30,899 bases of DNA from IMG/VR virus record IMGVR_UViG_3300031644_000012, positions 1-30,899 of that record; one strand, written 5' to 3'. Below are positions 1 to 8,048 of the stretch, piece after piece. The notes below the pieces were generated by a model. It was not told the origin of the DNA and did not search any database. It worked only from the letters and a program-made list of their open reading frames with translations. Position 1 is the first letter of the stretch. Every line of letters starts with the position of its first letter. A program made the position numbers and the translations under genes. The DNA comes from a virus (lineage: Duplodnaviria; Caudoviricetes).

Positions 1-936
1 TCGGCTGAATTTCACAATAAGACTGATATGAAATACACCCTCAATGGGCATACGTTTAAGTTTTTGGCTACAGGAGATCAACCCGAACGATTGCGTTCAA
101 TGAAGAGAGACATAGCATATATCATAGAATGTCAAGAATTAAGTAAAGAAGAGTTCAGACAAATAAATTACAGAACAACAACCCAAATGTATTTTTGCTA
201 TAATCCTAGCATGACAGAACACTGGATTTATGATTTAGAGGATAACAGGGCAGAAGATGCAGCAGTTTTTGTAAGTACATATAAAGACAATAATTTTCTT
301 AGTGACATACAAAAGAATGAAATTCAGAAACTTAGAATTACTGATCCGGAAGCCTATCGGGTGTTTGGTTTAGGTTTAAGGGCAAGTACTAATAAAGGTA
401 GGATTTATAAGGGATGGGAAGAGGTTTCTGAATTACCCGAAGGGGCAGTATTTTATTCTGTAGATTTTGGGTTCTTTCCGGATCCAACGGCAATTTTAAA
501 GATTGTTACCGCCAATGAAAGTATTTATATAAAGGAATTAGCTTATTCAACTAAGATGGTTGATGAGGACATAATAATGGTTTTAAGGAATGCTCATTAC
601 ATGGGTGAACCTATATATTGTGATCACAACCAAAAGCAGACAATAGAACAATTAAAGCGTAGTGGCTTTAGCGCAAGGGAAGGTAAGAAAGGTAGTGGTA
701 GTATTATTGAGGGAATTAATTTTTTAAAGAGGGCAAGTGTTTTTTATCAGAAAGATTCTAAAAATTTAGTAAAAGAATATTCTCAGTATAGTTGGAAATT
801 AAAAAGGGGATTTGATCCCGATGATGATAACGCTTACGAGCAATTTCCGGAAGATAAGAATAATCACCTTATGGATGCTCTTAGGATGGGTTATTACTCG
901 CATTTCTTTGTTGGGAATAAATTTTTTGTAATATGA
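1..936 (+). CDS. terL: Terminase large subunit (PBSX/Terminase_3-like), 5'-truncated
   Basis: Frame is open from base 1. Contains ATPase Walker B-like YIIEC, coupling motif YNP, and RNase H-like nuclease acidic motifs VDFGF, YCDH, NHLMDALR. Lies directly upstream of the portal. Confidence 0.9.
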   Translation, partial: SAEFHNKTDMKYTLNGHTFKFLATGDQPERLRSMKRDIAYIIECQELSKEEFRQINYRTTTQMYFCYNPSMTEHWIYDLEDNRAEDAAVFVSTYKDNNFLSDIQKNEIQKLRITDPEAYRVFGLGLRASTNKGRIYKGWEEVSELPEGAVFYSVDFGFFPDPTAILKIVTANESIYIKELAYSTKMVDEDIIMVLRNAHYMGEPIYCDHNQKQTIEQLKRSGFSAREGKKGSGSIIEGINFLKRASVFYQKDSKNLVKEYSQYSWKLKRGFDPDDDNAYEQFPEDKNNHLMDALRMGYYSHFFVGNKFFVI

Positions 937-957
937 AACCCTTTTTCATATTTGTGT

Positions 958-965
958 TATTTTTG
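958..965 (+). promoter_or_regulatory. Bacteroidota-type -7 promoter element (TATTTTTG)
   Basis: Matches TAnnTTTG, 14 nt before the portal ATG. Confidence 0.5.
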
Positions 966-979
966 TATTAAAATAAATT

Positions 980-2368
980 ATGGGAATTTTTAATATCTTC
1001 AATAAGAAGAAACAAAAAAGTACGGATCCTAGATACAATGAATTAATTTTCGGACGATTCGGAGTATCTCCGTTCATTAGACAAGAGGCTACGAAAGAAA
1101 CGTATATAAAAGAAGGGTTTCAGAAGAATGCAACTGTTTATTCGATTGTTGATTTAATTTCTAAATCCGCATCAAATATTAAAATGTGTGTCTATGAGAA
1201 AGTAGATGCTACGGCAGAGAAAGAATATAACACTTTGATAAAGGGTGCTATGAATGATAATGCTATGTTTAAAGCGGAACAGGCAAAGAAAAGAGCATTT
1301 AAACCCGCAGATAATTCTGATTTAGCTAAATTTCTAGAAAAACCTAATCCGAAACAAGGACAGGCTGAGTTTTTAACAGATTTAATTGCATTTGAATGTT
1401 TAACCGGTGATGGTTTTATTTGGGGTTTATCTCCCGATAGTGGTAGACAACAAGGTAGGATAAAAGAAATGCACGTTCTACCTTCTCAATTAGTTGAGAT
1501 AGTCGGTGGAGATATATTGGATCCAATAAAAGGATATACCTTAAATTGGTTGAGTCAGAATAAGGCTATACCATCAGACCAAGTTGCTCATATAAAGAAT
1601 TTTAATCCCGATTATAGTAGTACGGGTAGTCATCTTTATGGACAATCACCACTCCAAGCAGCCATGAGAAATCTCGAAATTAACAATAATGCCATCACTA
1701 CCGGTAGCAAGTATCTTACTAATCAAGGAGCAAGAGGTATATTAACATCTCAAGACAATATGCTCACATCAGAACACGCTAGTGCTTTGAGGGATAAATA
1801 TAAATCCATGTATAGTGGAGTGGATAATGCCGGAGAAATTATGGTAACAAATCATGATTTTAAATGGTTGGAAATGGGTTTACCGGCTGCTGATTTAGCT
1901 TTAATAGAGCAATATAATTTATCTATTAAGGATTTAGCATCTGTGTATAAGGTTCCATCTATTTTATTAAATGATACTCAAAGTAGTACTTTTAATAATT
2001 ACCGTGAAGCAAAAAAAGCATTTTATTTGCAATCAGTTTTCCCAAAATTAATTGCAGTAAGAGATGAATTAAATAGATGGTTGGTTCCAACTTATGGAAA
2101 CCAATATTATATTGATTTTGATTTTCTAAGTGTTCCCGAATTACAGGAAGATATGGAAAAAGTTGTTAGACAATTGTCTTTGTCATGGTGGCTTACACCA
2201 AATGAAAAGAGAGCAGCTATGCAATACGAGCCAATTGATCAAAAAGAAATGAATGAAATACATATGTTAGCTAATTACATACCAATATCTGATGGTGTTA
2301 CACCAAAAGAATCCGGAGGGACTAGTCAGCAATTACTCAATGACACATCTGATTACGGAGAGAAATAG
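980..2368 (+). CDS. Portal protein, HK97 family
   Basis: 462 aa with VYSIVDLIS, KPNP, LTGDGF, HIKNFNP..YGQSPL, SVYKVPS, TFNNYREA and WLTPNEKR motifs; follows the terminase. Confidence 0.95.
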   Translation: MGIFNIFNKKKQKSTDPRYNELIFGRFGVSPFIRQEATKETYIKEGFQKNATVYSIVDLISKSASNIKMCVYEKVDATAEKEYNTLIKGAMNDNAMFKAEQAKKRAFKPADNSDLAKFLEKPNPKQGQAEFLTDLIAFECLTGDGFIWGLSPDSGRQQGRIKEMHVLPSQLVEIVGGDILDPIKGYTLNWLSQNKAIPSDQVAHIKNFNPDYSSTGSHLYGQSPLQAAMRNLEINNNAITTGSKYLTNQGARGILTSQDNMLTSEHASALRDKYKSMYSGVDNAGEIMVTNHDFKWLEMGLPAADLALIEQYNLSIKDLASVYKVPSILLNDTQSSTFNNYREAKKAFYLQSVFPKLIAVRDELNRWLVPTYGNQYYIDFDFLSVPELQEDMEKVVRQLSLSWWLTPNEKRAAMQYEPIDQKEMNEIHMLANYIPISDGVTPKESGGTSQQLLNDTSDYGEK

Positions 2369-3201
2369 TGTGTTATCCAAATTTTTATGAGGATTATGAT
2401 TCATTTATCAACAGATGCAACCATGAATTAGATTACCCTACACTAAATAAGAATTTTAGAGAAAGAAGGAGTATGTACCTAAAAGAAGGATTGGGTGATA
2501 TTCCTTTTTTATTGAATACTGAAAGAAGAATGAATATATTCATTGATTCTTACACCGGAAAAGTAGAGAAGGAATTAGACGATGTTTACGGGAGTATATC
2601 GTTGTTTATTGCACTAAACGGAATAGATGCTGCTTGGGAATTAGTTAATAGCACAGACGGCTTAAAAAGAGTACTGAAGAGCGGGTATCTTGAAACAGGG
2701 GAATACATTGATGATAGGTATTCTAATAAGTACGGTGGTGAGTCTAATACATTTATTAATGCATTGGTTATTTCTATTTTTTTAAATAGGTTTTCAAAGG
2801 TTGATTTATTTAAGAAAAGAACAAGTGAGATTATAAATAGAATAATATTAGAAAACGATTCCTTGGATGACATTGTCGATAGAATAAAAAAACACAACAA
2901 TAACCCAAGGGCAAGAGTAATTGCTGCGACTGAACTAGGTATTGCTCAGTCATCTGTTGAATTACAGGCAATGCTTAGAATAGCAAGAGAAACCCCCGTA
3001 TCTAAATATTGGGTTGGTGTTTTAGATGACAGGATAAGAGATAGTCATTTTGAGGCAACATCATTCTATACAAGGAGTAGCGCTATTCCATTAAATCAAT
3101 CTTTTAATGTTAACGGATCCATGATGATGCATCCAAGAGATTTTAATGCTCCGGCAAAAGAAATTGTGAATTGTAGGTGTTATTTAGGATATGTTGTGTA
3201 A
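2368..3201 (+). CDS. Head morphogenesis / minor head protein (SPP1 gp7 / Mu gpF-like)
   Basis: RARVIAATE, KYW..DDRIRDSH and terminal HPRD...EIVNCRC motifs; lies between portal and protease. The GTG start is uncertain. Confidence 0.85.
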   Translation: MCYPNFYEDYDSFINRCNHELDYPTLNKNFRERRSMYLKEGLGDIPFLLNTERRMNIFIDSYTGKVEKELDDVYGSISLFIALNGIDAAWELVNSTDGLKRVLKSGYLETGEYIDDRYSNKYGGESNTFINALVISIFLNRFSKVDLFKKRTSEIINRIILENDSLDDIVDRIKKHNNNPRARVIAATELGIAQSSVELQAMLRIARETPVSKYWVGVLDDRIRDSHFEATSFYTRSSAIPLNQSFNVNGSMMMHPRDFNAPAKEIVNCRCYLGYVV

Positions 3202-3263
3202 GTTTGTTTTGTAATTGTGTGTGTGGTGTACATGATTGCGATATATGTTTAAATATTGTGTAG

Positions 3264-3295
3264 AGAGCGTTCGTAAATGAATGCTCTTTTTTTTT
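3264..3295 (+). terminator. Intrinsic terminator
   Basis: AGAGCGTTCG-TAAA-TGAATGCTCT stem (G-U pairs) followed by a T run. Confidence 0.75.
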
Positions 3296-3297
3296 AT

Positions 3298-3305
3298 TAA
3301 CTTTG
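3298..3305 (+). promoter_or_regulatory. -7 promoter element (TAACTTTG)
   Basis: TAnnTTTG immediately after the terminator, 14 nt before ATG 3320. Confidence 0.6.
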
Positions 3306-3319
3306 ACGTAAAATTTATT

Positions 3320-3982
3320 ATGTTAAGGTTCAAAGGAAATTATTTTGATGACATGGATGACGAGAAAGGTGTTGTCAAAGGATATGCATCAACTTTCAAT
3401 AATGTTGATTCAGACAACGATATCATCACAAAAGGTGCTTACACCAAAACTCTTCAAGAGAACTCTGAGAGGATAGCATTCTTATACCAACATAATATGC
3501 ATCAACCAATTGGTAAGGCTATCTCCATGAAAGAGGATGACAAAGGCTTATTTATTGAAGCAAAAATATCAGATAGTTCTTTAGGGAAGGATGTTAAGAC
3601 AATGGTTTCCGAAGGAATATTAAAAGAGTTTTCTGTTGGATTTATTCCAATTAAGGAAGAACAAGGTGCTGCTAATATCAACTATATCAAGGAAATTAAA
3701 TTATTTGAATTTTCATTGGTAACCTTGGCAGCTAATCCTTTGGCTCAAGTAACTGAGTTTAAAGGAACAAAATCAGTTGAAAATCTAATAGATGAATTTG
3801 ATAAGTTAATAGGAATGTCTAGAAAACTTGACAATCCTCATCTAATGGAATTTGAATTACGAATGCTAAGAGATAAATCTTCACTTATACTTAATGAGTC
3901 TCAGAAATCTGAACTCCAAAAAGAATCAGTCGAAAGCAAAAAGATAGCAGACGAATTAGATAATTTTTTATTAAGATTATAA
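3320..3982 (+). CDS. HK97-type prohead protease (peptidase S78)
   Basis: KGYASTFN.VD...DII.KGAY, LYQH, PIG, FSVGF and FEFSLVTLAANPLA motifs. Start moved from 3281 (inside the terminator) to ATG 3320. Confidence 0.93.
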   Translation: MLRFKGNYFDDMDDEKGVVKGYASTFNNVDSDNDIITKGAYTKTLQENSERIAFLYQHNMHQPIGKAISMKEDDKGLFIEAKISDSSLGKDVKTMVSEGILKEFSVGFIPIKEEQGAANINYIKEIKLFEFSLVTLAANPLAQVTEFKGTKSVENLIDEFDKLIGMSRKLDNPHLMEFELRMLRDKSSLILNESQKSELQKESVESKKIADELDNFLLRL

Positions 3983-5209
3983 ATGGAAGATTTAAACCAA
4001 CGCTTAACATCCCTCAAGGAGGGGTTAGAAAGCACTATTGATTCTAAAGTAGAGCAATCAGTAGAGAAAAATATGGGTTCTGATTACAAGAACCAACTAA
4101 AAGGAGAAGTAAACGAATTGATTTCAAATCACGGAAAAGTTGTTGAGGATTTAAACTCAAGAATTGATTCATTAGAATTGGATAAGAAAAAATCACTTGA
4201 GAATGCTCCTCCTAAGAATTTTAGCGCAAGTTTGAAAGAAGAATTAGCCAATAGTGCTAGTTTTAAGTCATTCATGAGTGGAGATTCTTCTAAGGCTACA
4301 TTGAGTCTTAAAGCTATCATGACAACTGCTGCTAACGCATCGGGTGATACTGTGCCGGCTGATAGACTAAACGGATTTTACTTTGATCCAACTAGAACTA
4401 CTAGGGTAAGAGATTTACTAACTACAATCTCAACTGATTCCAATACAATTCGATATATCCAAGAAACTTCTTACACTAACGGCGCTGCTGCTAGAGTTGA
4501 GGCTTCTGCTTACGGAGAATCTGAATTTAAGTTGGATCCTGTTGATGCTCCTGTAAGAAGCATTGGTTCTCAGTTAACTATGACTAAGGAAATGTTTAAC
4601 GATGTTCCCGCTTTAAGTGGATACATTGCTACAAGGATTCCCGCTAAGGTGATGAATGTTGAGGATAATCAGCTTTTATTTGGTGCCGGCACAGGCGCTA
4701 ATTTGCAGGGGTTGATGACTGCCGGTGGAGGTGCTGCTTTTGATGTATCTTCTGCTGCTGCATTCTATGAATTTTTTACAGTCGCTCAAGGTGTTCACAC
4801 CAACGAGTTTGATGTGTTAATCGCTGCGAAGAATCAGGCACAAATTGCTGAGTATCTTCCTACTGCGGTTATGGTTAATCCGACTGATTATAATAAAATG
4901 TTTTTGAGAAAAGATTCAAATGCTGATTATGTAATCTTTGTTAATGGTGTATTAACAGTATTAGGAACACCTATATTCCCGTCAACTGCCGTTACTGCTG
5001 ATAAGTTTATTATTGGTGATTTTGGAGCGGGTGCTACATTAGCAATGAGAGAGGATATGGAAATTTCTTTCTCTGAGCAACATTCTGATAACTTTGTTAA
5101 GGATTTGGTTACCGTAAAGGCAACTGAAAGAATTGCTTTGCCAATTCATAATCCAAATGCTTTTGTTCACGGAGCTTTCTCAACTGCTATTGCAAGTATG
5201 AATGCCTAA
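3983..5209 (+). CDS. Major capsid protein, HK97 fold, with N-terminal coiled-coil delta domain
   Basis: 408 aa; EDNQLLFGAGTG..LQGL, VMVNPTDY, LGTPI, IIGDF, NFVKDLVTVKATER, P.AFV motifs. Confidence 0.95.
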   Translation: MEDLNQRLTSLKEGLESTIDSKVEQSVEKNMGSDYKNQLKGEVNELISNHGKVVEDLNSRIDSLELDKKKSLENAPPKNFSASLKEELANSASFKSFMSGDSSKATLSLKAIMTTAANASGDTVPADRLNGFYFDPTRTTRVRDLLTTISTDSNTIRYIQETSYTNGAAARVEASAYGESEFKLDPVDAPVRSIGSQLTMTKEMFNDVPALSGYIATRIPAKVMNVEDNQLLFGAGTGANLQGLMTAGGGAAFDVSSAAAFYEFFTVAQGVHTNEFDVLIAAKNQAQIAEYLPTAVMVNPTDYNKMFLRKDSNADYVIFVNGVLTVLGTPIFPSTAVTADKFIIGDFGAGATLAMREDMEISFSEQHSDNFVKDLVTVKATERIALPIHNPNAFVHGAFSTAIASMNA

Positions 5210-5232
5210 ACCACTTATGTGTGTTTGTTTTG

Positions 5233-5262
5233 AAAGGGGGGTGCAATTTGCATCCCTTTTTC
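5233..5262 (+). terminator. Intrinsic terminator after capsid gene
   Basis: GGGGTGCAA-T-TTGCATCCC hairpin plus T tract. Confidence 0.75.
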
Positions 5263-5297
5263 TTTGTTTTTATGTTTTTTGTTATTAACCTTGTTTT

Positions 5298-5531
5298 ATG
5301 AATGAAGAATACGATTACACAAATCCAAATCATTATAAAACAGGAGAAAAAGAAACCTTTGAAATGATGATAGACATTTGGGGCAAAGAAGCGTTTATTA
5401 AGCATTGTGAGATGACTTCTTTTAAATATCGTATGAGAGTGGGAATAAAACCAAACGAGCCTATTGAAAGAGATTTATCAAAGGCTAGGTGGTACGAATT
5501 AAAAGCTAAACAACTAAGAGATGAGAAGTAA
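5298..5531 (+). CDS. DUF3310 protein (T7 gp1.7 nucleotide-kinase-like)
   Basis: NPNHY..G..E, FKY.MR.G.K and DLSKA.WY signature. Confidence 0.85.
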   Translation: MNEEYDYTNPNHYKTGEKETFEMMIDIWGKEAFIKHCEMTSFKYRMRVGIKPNEPIERDLSKARWYELKAKQLRDEK

Positions 5532-5718
5532 ATATTATAAATTAAGAGAAGAAGTTCTTAATGTTCGAAGAAACATGAAAGAGGTAAATGAAATTATAGA
5601 GAAATATTTAAATAAAGAAAAAATATTCCTTAGTGATATTAATAAGATGAATAAACTTTTAGGGCATAAAATCCCAATGGAAATGACATCAGTTATTCAA
5701 AGTAAAGAGTATAGTTAA
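5521..5718 (+). CDS. Hypothetical protein
   Basis: 65 aa ORF overlapping the upstream gene end, followed by a terminator. Confidence 0.6.
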   Translation: MRSKYYKLREEVLNVRRNMKEVNEIIEKYLNKEKIFLSDINKMNKLLGHKIPMEMTSVIQSKEYS

Positions 5719-5747
5719 TATTTTTTTCTTGTTTTTTTTTAGTTTAG

Positions 5748-5777
5748 AAAGTCACCTTTAAAATGGTGGCTTTTTTT
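5748..5777 (+). terminator. Intrinsic terminator
   Basis: AAAGTCACC-loop-GGTGGCTTT plus T run. Confidence 0.7.
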
Positions 5778-5780
5778 ATT

Positions 5781-5788
5781 TATCTTTG
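5781..5788 (+). promoter_or_regulatory. -7 promoter element (TATCTTTG)
   Basis: TAnnTTTG after the terminator, 14 nt before ATG 5803. Confidence 0.6.
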
Positions 5789-5802
5789 TTAAAAAAATAA
5801 TT

Positions 5803-6021
5803 ATGATAATCAAGGGTTTACTTAATATTATTGAAACTGTCATACCATTAGCGGGAGAAGTTGTAGAGCAAGTTAAATCTACAGAAGGGGGTGAAGGTAA
5901 ATTTAAACTAACACCTAGATTTATCAAGCAAGTAATAAGATTGCTTGTAGCGGGTTGTGTCATGTATATGTTCATAAGCGGTAAAATAGGATTAGACGAG
6001 GCGCAAGACATTATTAAATAG
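5803..6021 (+). CDS. Small membrane protein, possible holin
   Basis: 72 aa with one hydrophobic segment (VIRLLVAGCVMYMFI). Confidence 0.45.
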   Translation: MIIKGLLNIIETVIPLAGEVVEQVKSTEGGEGKFKLTPRFIKQVIRLLVAGCVMYMFISGKIGLDEAQDIIK

Positions 6022-6025
6022 GAGG

Positions 6026-6322
6026 ATGAACGAATGGCTTACTCAGCATTGGGCAGAATTGATGGCATTATTAGGGGTTGGAGCAACAGGAGCCGGAGGA
6101 AGTGTGCTTGGACACAAACTAATTGACAAACAACAGAACGCTGCCTTGAAAAAACACGATAATAGATTGACGGATTTAGAAAAGAAAGTTACTAGTATAG
6201 AGAGTGAAGTAAAGGTTAATAGTACTTCTGATCAGCAGTTTAGGAATGAGATAGGACATAGGCTAGGTAGTATAGAGAATTTAAATAATAAAATTTTAGA
6301 ACATTTATTAAAATCAAAGTAG
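6026..6322 (+). CDS. Membrane-anchored coiled-coil protein (holin/antiholin/XhlA-like)
   Basis: N-terminal hydrophobic Gly-rich helix followed by a heptad coiled coil. Confidence 0.45.
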   Translation: MNEWLTQHWAELMALLGVGATGAGGSVLGHKLIDKQQNAALKKHDNRLTDLEKKVTSIESEVKVNSTSDQQFRNEIGHRLGSIENLNNKILEHLLKSK

Positions 6323-6323
6323 T

Positions 6324-6641
6324 ATGGCACAAATGAGAGTAAAGGTTGATTTCTTACATGAAGGAAGACAATTTAAAGTAGGAAGTATTTTAGAGGTTTC
6401 CTCTAAGTCTGATCAGCAACATTTAATTAAAACAGGACAAGCAGTTCTTGAGACTTATGATTTCTTTAAAAAGGAAGAAAAACAAGTTGTTCAAACTAAG
6501 GAATTAAAGGTTGAGGTAGAAACCAAAGAAGAGGTAGATGATATTGATTCTTTAAGAGAGCAATACTTAGAAAAGTATGGTAAGGATGCTGACAAAAGAT
6601 GGAAAGAATCTCGTTTAATTGAAGAATTAGAGAATGATTAA
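6324..6641 (+). CDS. Hypothetical virion-associated protein
   Basis: Typical small gene before the head-tail connector; KVG.ILEV..LIKTG N-terminus and LREQY.EKYGK..DKRW helical C-terminus. Confidence 0.55.
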   Translation: MAQMRVKVDFLHEGRQFKVGSILEVSSKSDQQHLIKTGQAVLETYDFFKKEEKQVVQTKELKVEVETKEEVDDIDSLREQYLEKYGKDADKRWKESRLIEELEND

Positions 6642-7200
6642 TTATACTATTTCTGATGCTAGTGGCGCTCCTAGTAGTTTTGATTACTTAACATTAGTTG
6701 AGATAAAGAACTATTTAAAAGTGGACAATTCTACTGATGATGTTTTGATCAATGATATGTTTCAAGCTGCTGCATCTTATATAGAAAGGCAATTTAAGCA
6801 GACACTAAAAAACAGAGATATCGTTATTCAATACGATTCTACAGAAAAGTATATTGATTTATTATTTTCTCCTGTAACTACCGTTACTAGTGTAACGTAT
6901 AATACATTTAATTCTGATGGTAGTGGTACGTTTACTGAATCTACTGATTATTGGACTTATGGATTAACTAATAGTAGAGCAAGAAGTTTGGTTTTAGATT
7001 TTAAGAAATCATATCAAACCGTAAATATTTATTATAATTCGGATGGATCCACAGTTCCACGTGAAATAAAACTAGCTACACTCGCTTACATTAAGGTTAT
7101 GTACGATAATAATAGAAGTTTCTTTGATAAGGATGTACCTACGGCGCCACCCACAGAGACAATTCAATTAATGTCTCCGTACAAACCTATTGTAATATGA
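6634..7200 (+). CDS. Head-tail connector (HK97 gp6 / SPP1 gp15-like)
   Basis: LTLVEIKNYLKVD...DD.LI....AA..YIE, VP..IKLA, YDNNR, L.PYK motifs. Confidence 0.9.
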   Translation: MINYTISDASGAPSSFDYLTLVEIKNYLKVDNSTDDVLINDMFQAAASYIERQFKQTLKNRDIVIQYDSTEKYIDLLFSPVTTVTSVTYNTFNSDGSGTFTESTDYWTYGLTNSRARSLVLDFKKSYQTVNIYYNSDGSTVPREIKLATLAYIKVMYDNNRSFFDKDVPTAPPTETIQLMSPYKPIVI

Positions 7201-7514
7201 GGGAAAGAATAACAATTAAATCTAGAACTTATACTACAAGTAATACAGGACAACGCTCTTTAAATGAAACTGTAGACGTATTAATTACTTGGGCGAATAT
7301 TTATCAAAAAAGAAGAGATTTTCAAGATTTAACAGGGACTCAGAATGTATTAGAAGGTGATTGGGTTTTTAGGATAAGAAATTCTCAATTAGAGATTCCC
7401 ACATCAAAATCTAATTTTATTTTATGGAGAGGAAAGGAATATAGTATTATTTCCATTTCAGCACAAGAAAGTTATCAAAGAATGATTGATTTAACTTGCC
7501 GTGTTGTAGAATGA
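7197..7514 (+). CDS. Head closure / head-tail adaptor (SPP1 gp16-like)
   Basis: MRERITI, TWANI, FRIR, RGKEYSI; position in the neck operon. Confidence 0.85.
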   Translation: MRERITIKSRTYTTSNTGQRSLNETVDVLITWANIYQKRRDFQDLTGTQNVLEGDWVFRIRNSQLEIPTSKSNFILWRGKEYSIISISAQESYQRMIDLTCRVVE

Positions 7515-8047
7515 GTTTTAAATTTAAACATAACGCAGACAGAATATCAATTAATTTAAGCAAGTATGTTGGTAAAAAAATTATAGGAGTAGAAGCTGCT
7601 ATTGATAAATTTATAGACAATACTAAGAAAGATGCTAAAATAAATATATCTTCTAATAAAACTGTTTATCAGTCTAAACTAAAAAATAGTCTTAAGAAAA
7701 AAGTTAAAAAATCAAAAGGAAAAGGAGAATGGAGTTTAAAAGTAGATGCCGTTTATGGTGCTTTTGTTGAATTTGGGACTAAAGGTAAGTTTGATTCAGA
7801 TTCAAGATTAGGAAATTACCCTAATAAATTTAAGGGTATGAAGGGGGAGAGTGGTGATGTTTATGATAGATTAAAAAAATATTTAATCTCTGAAGGTGTT
7901 CCCGAAAATGAAGTATTTATAGTTATAAAAAGTATGTTAAAAAAAGGTACAAAAGCATACCCATTTTTCTTTCCCGCAGTTTTTAAAAACAAAGTAACTT
8001 TGAAGAAAGATTTAAGAAGGGCATTAAAAAAGAAAACTAAAGTATAA
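7511..8047 (+). CDS. HK97 gp10-like tail completion/neck protein
   Basis: YGAFVEFGT and KGTKAYPFFFPA motifs. ATG 7511 overlaps the upstream TGA (ATGA). Confidence 0.85.
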   Translation: MSFKFKHNADRISINLSKYVGKKIIGVEAAIDKFIDNTKKDAKINISSNKTVYQSKLKNSLKKKVKKSKGKGEWSLKVDAVYGAFVEFGTKGKFDSDSRLGNYPNKFKGMKGESGDVYDRLKKYLISEGVPENEVFIVIKSMLKKGTKAYPFFFPAVFKNKVTLKKDLRRALKKKTKV

Positions 8048-8048
8048 A

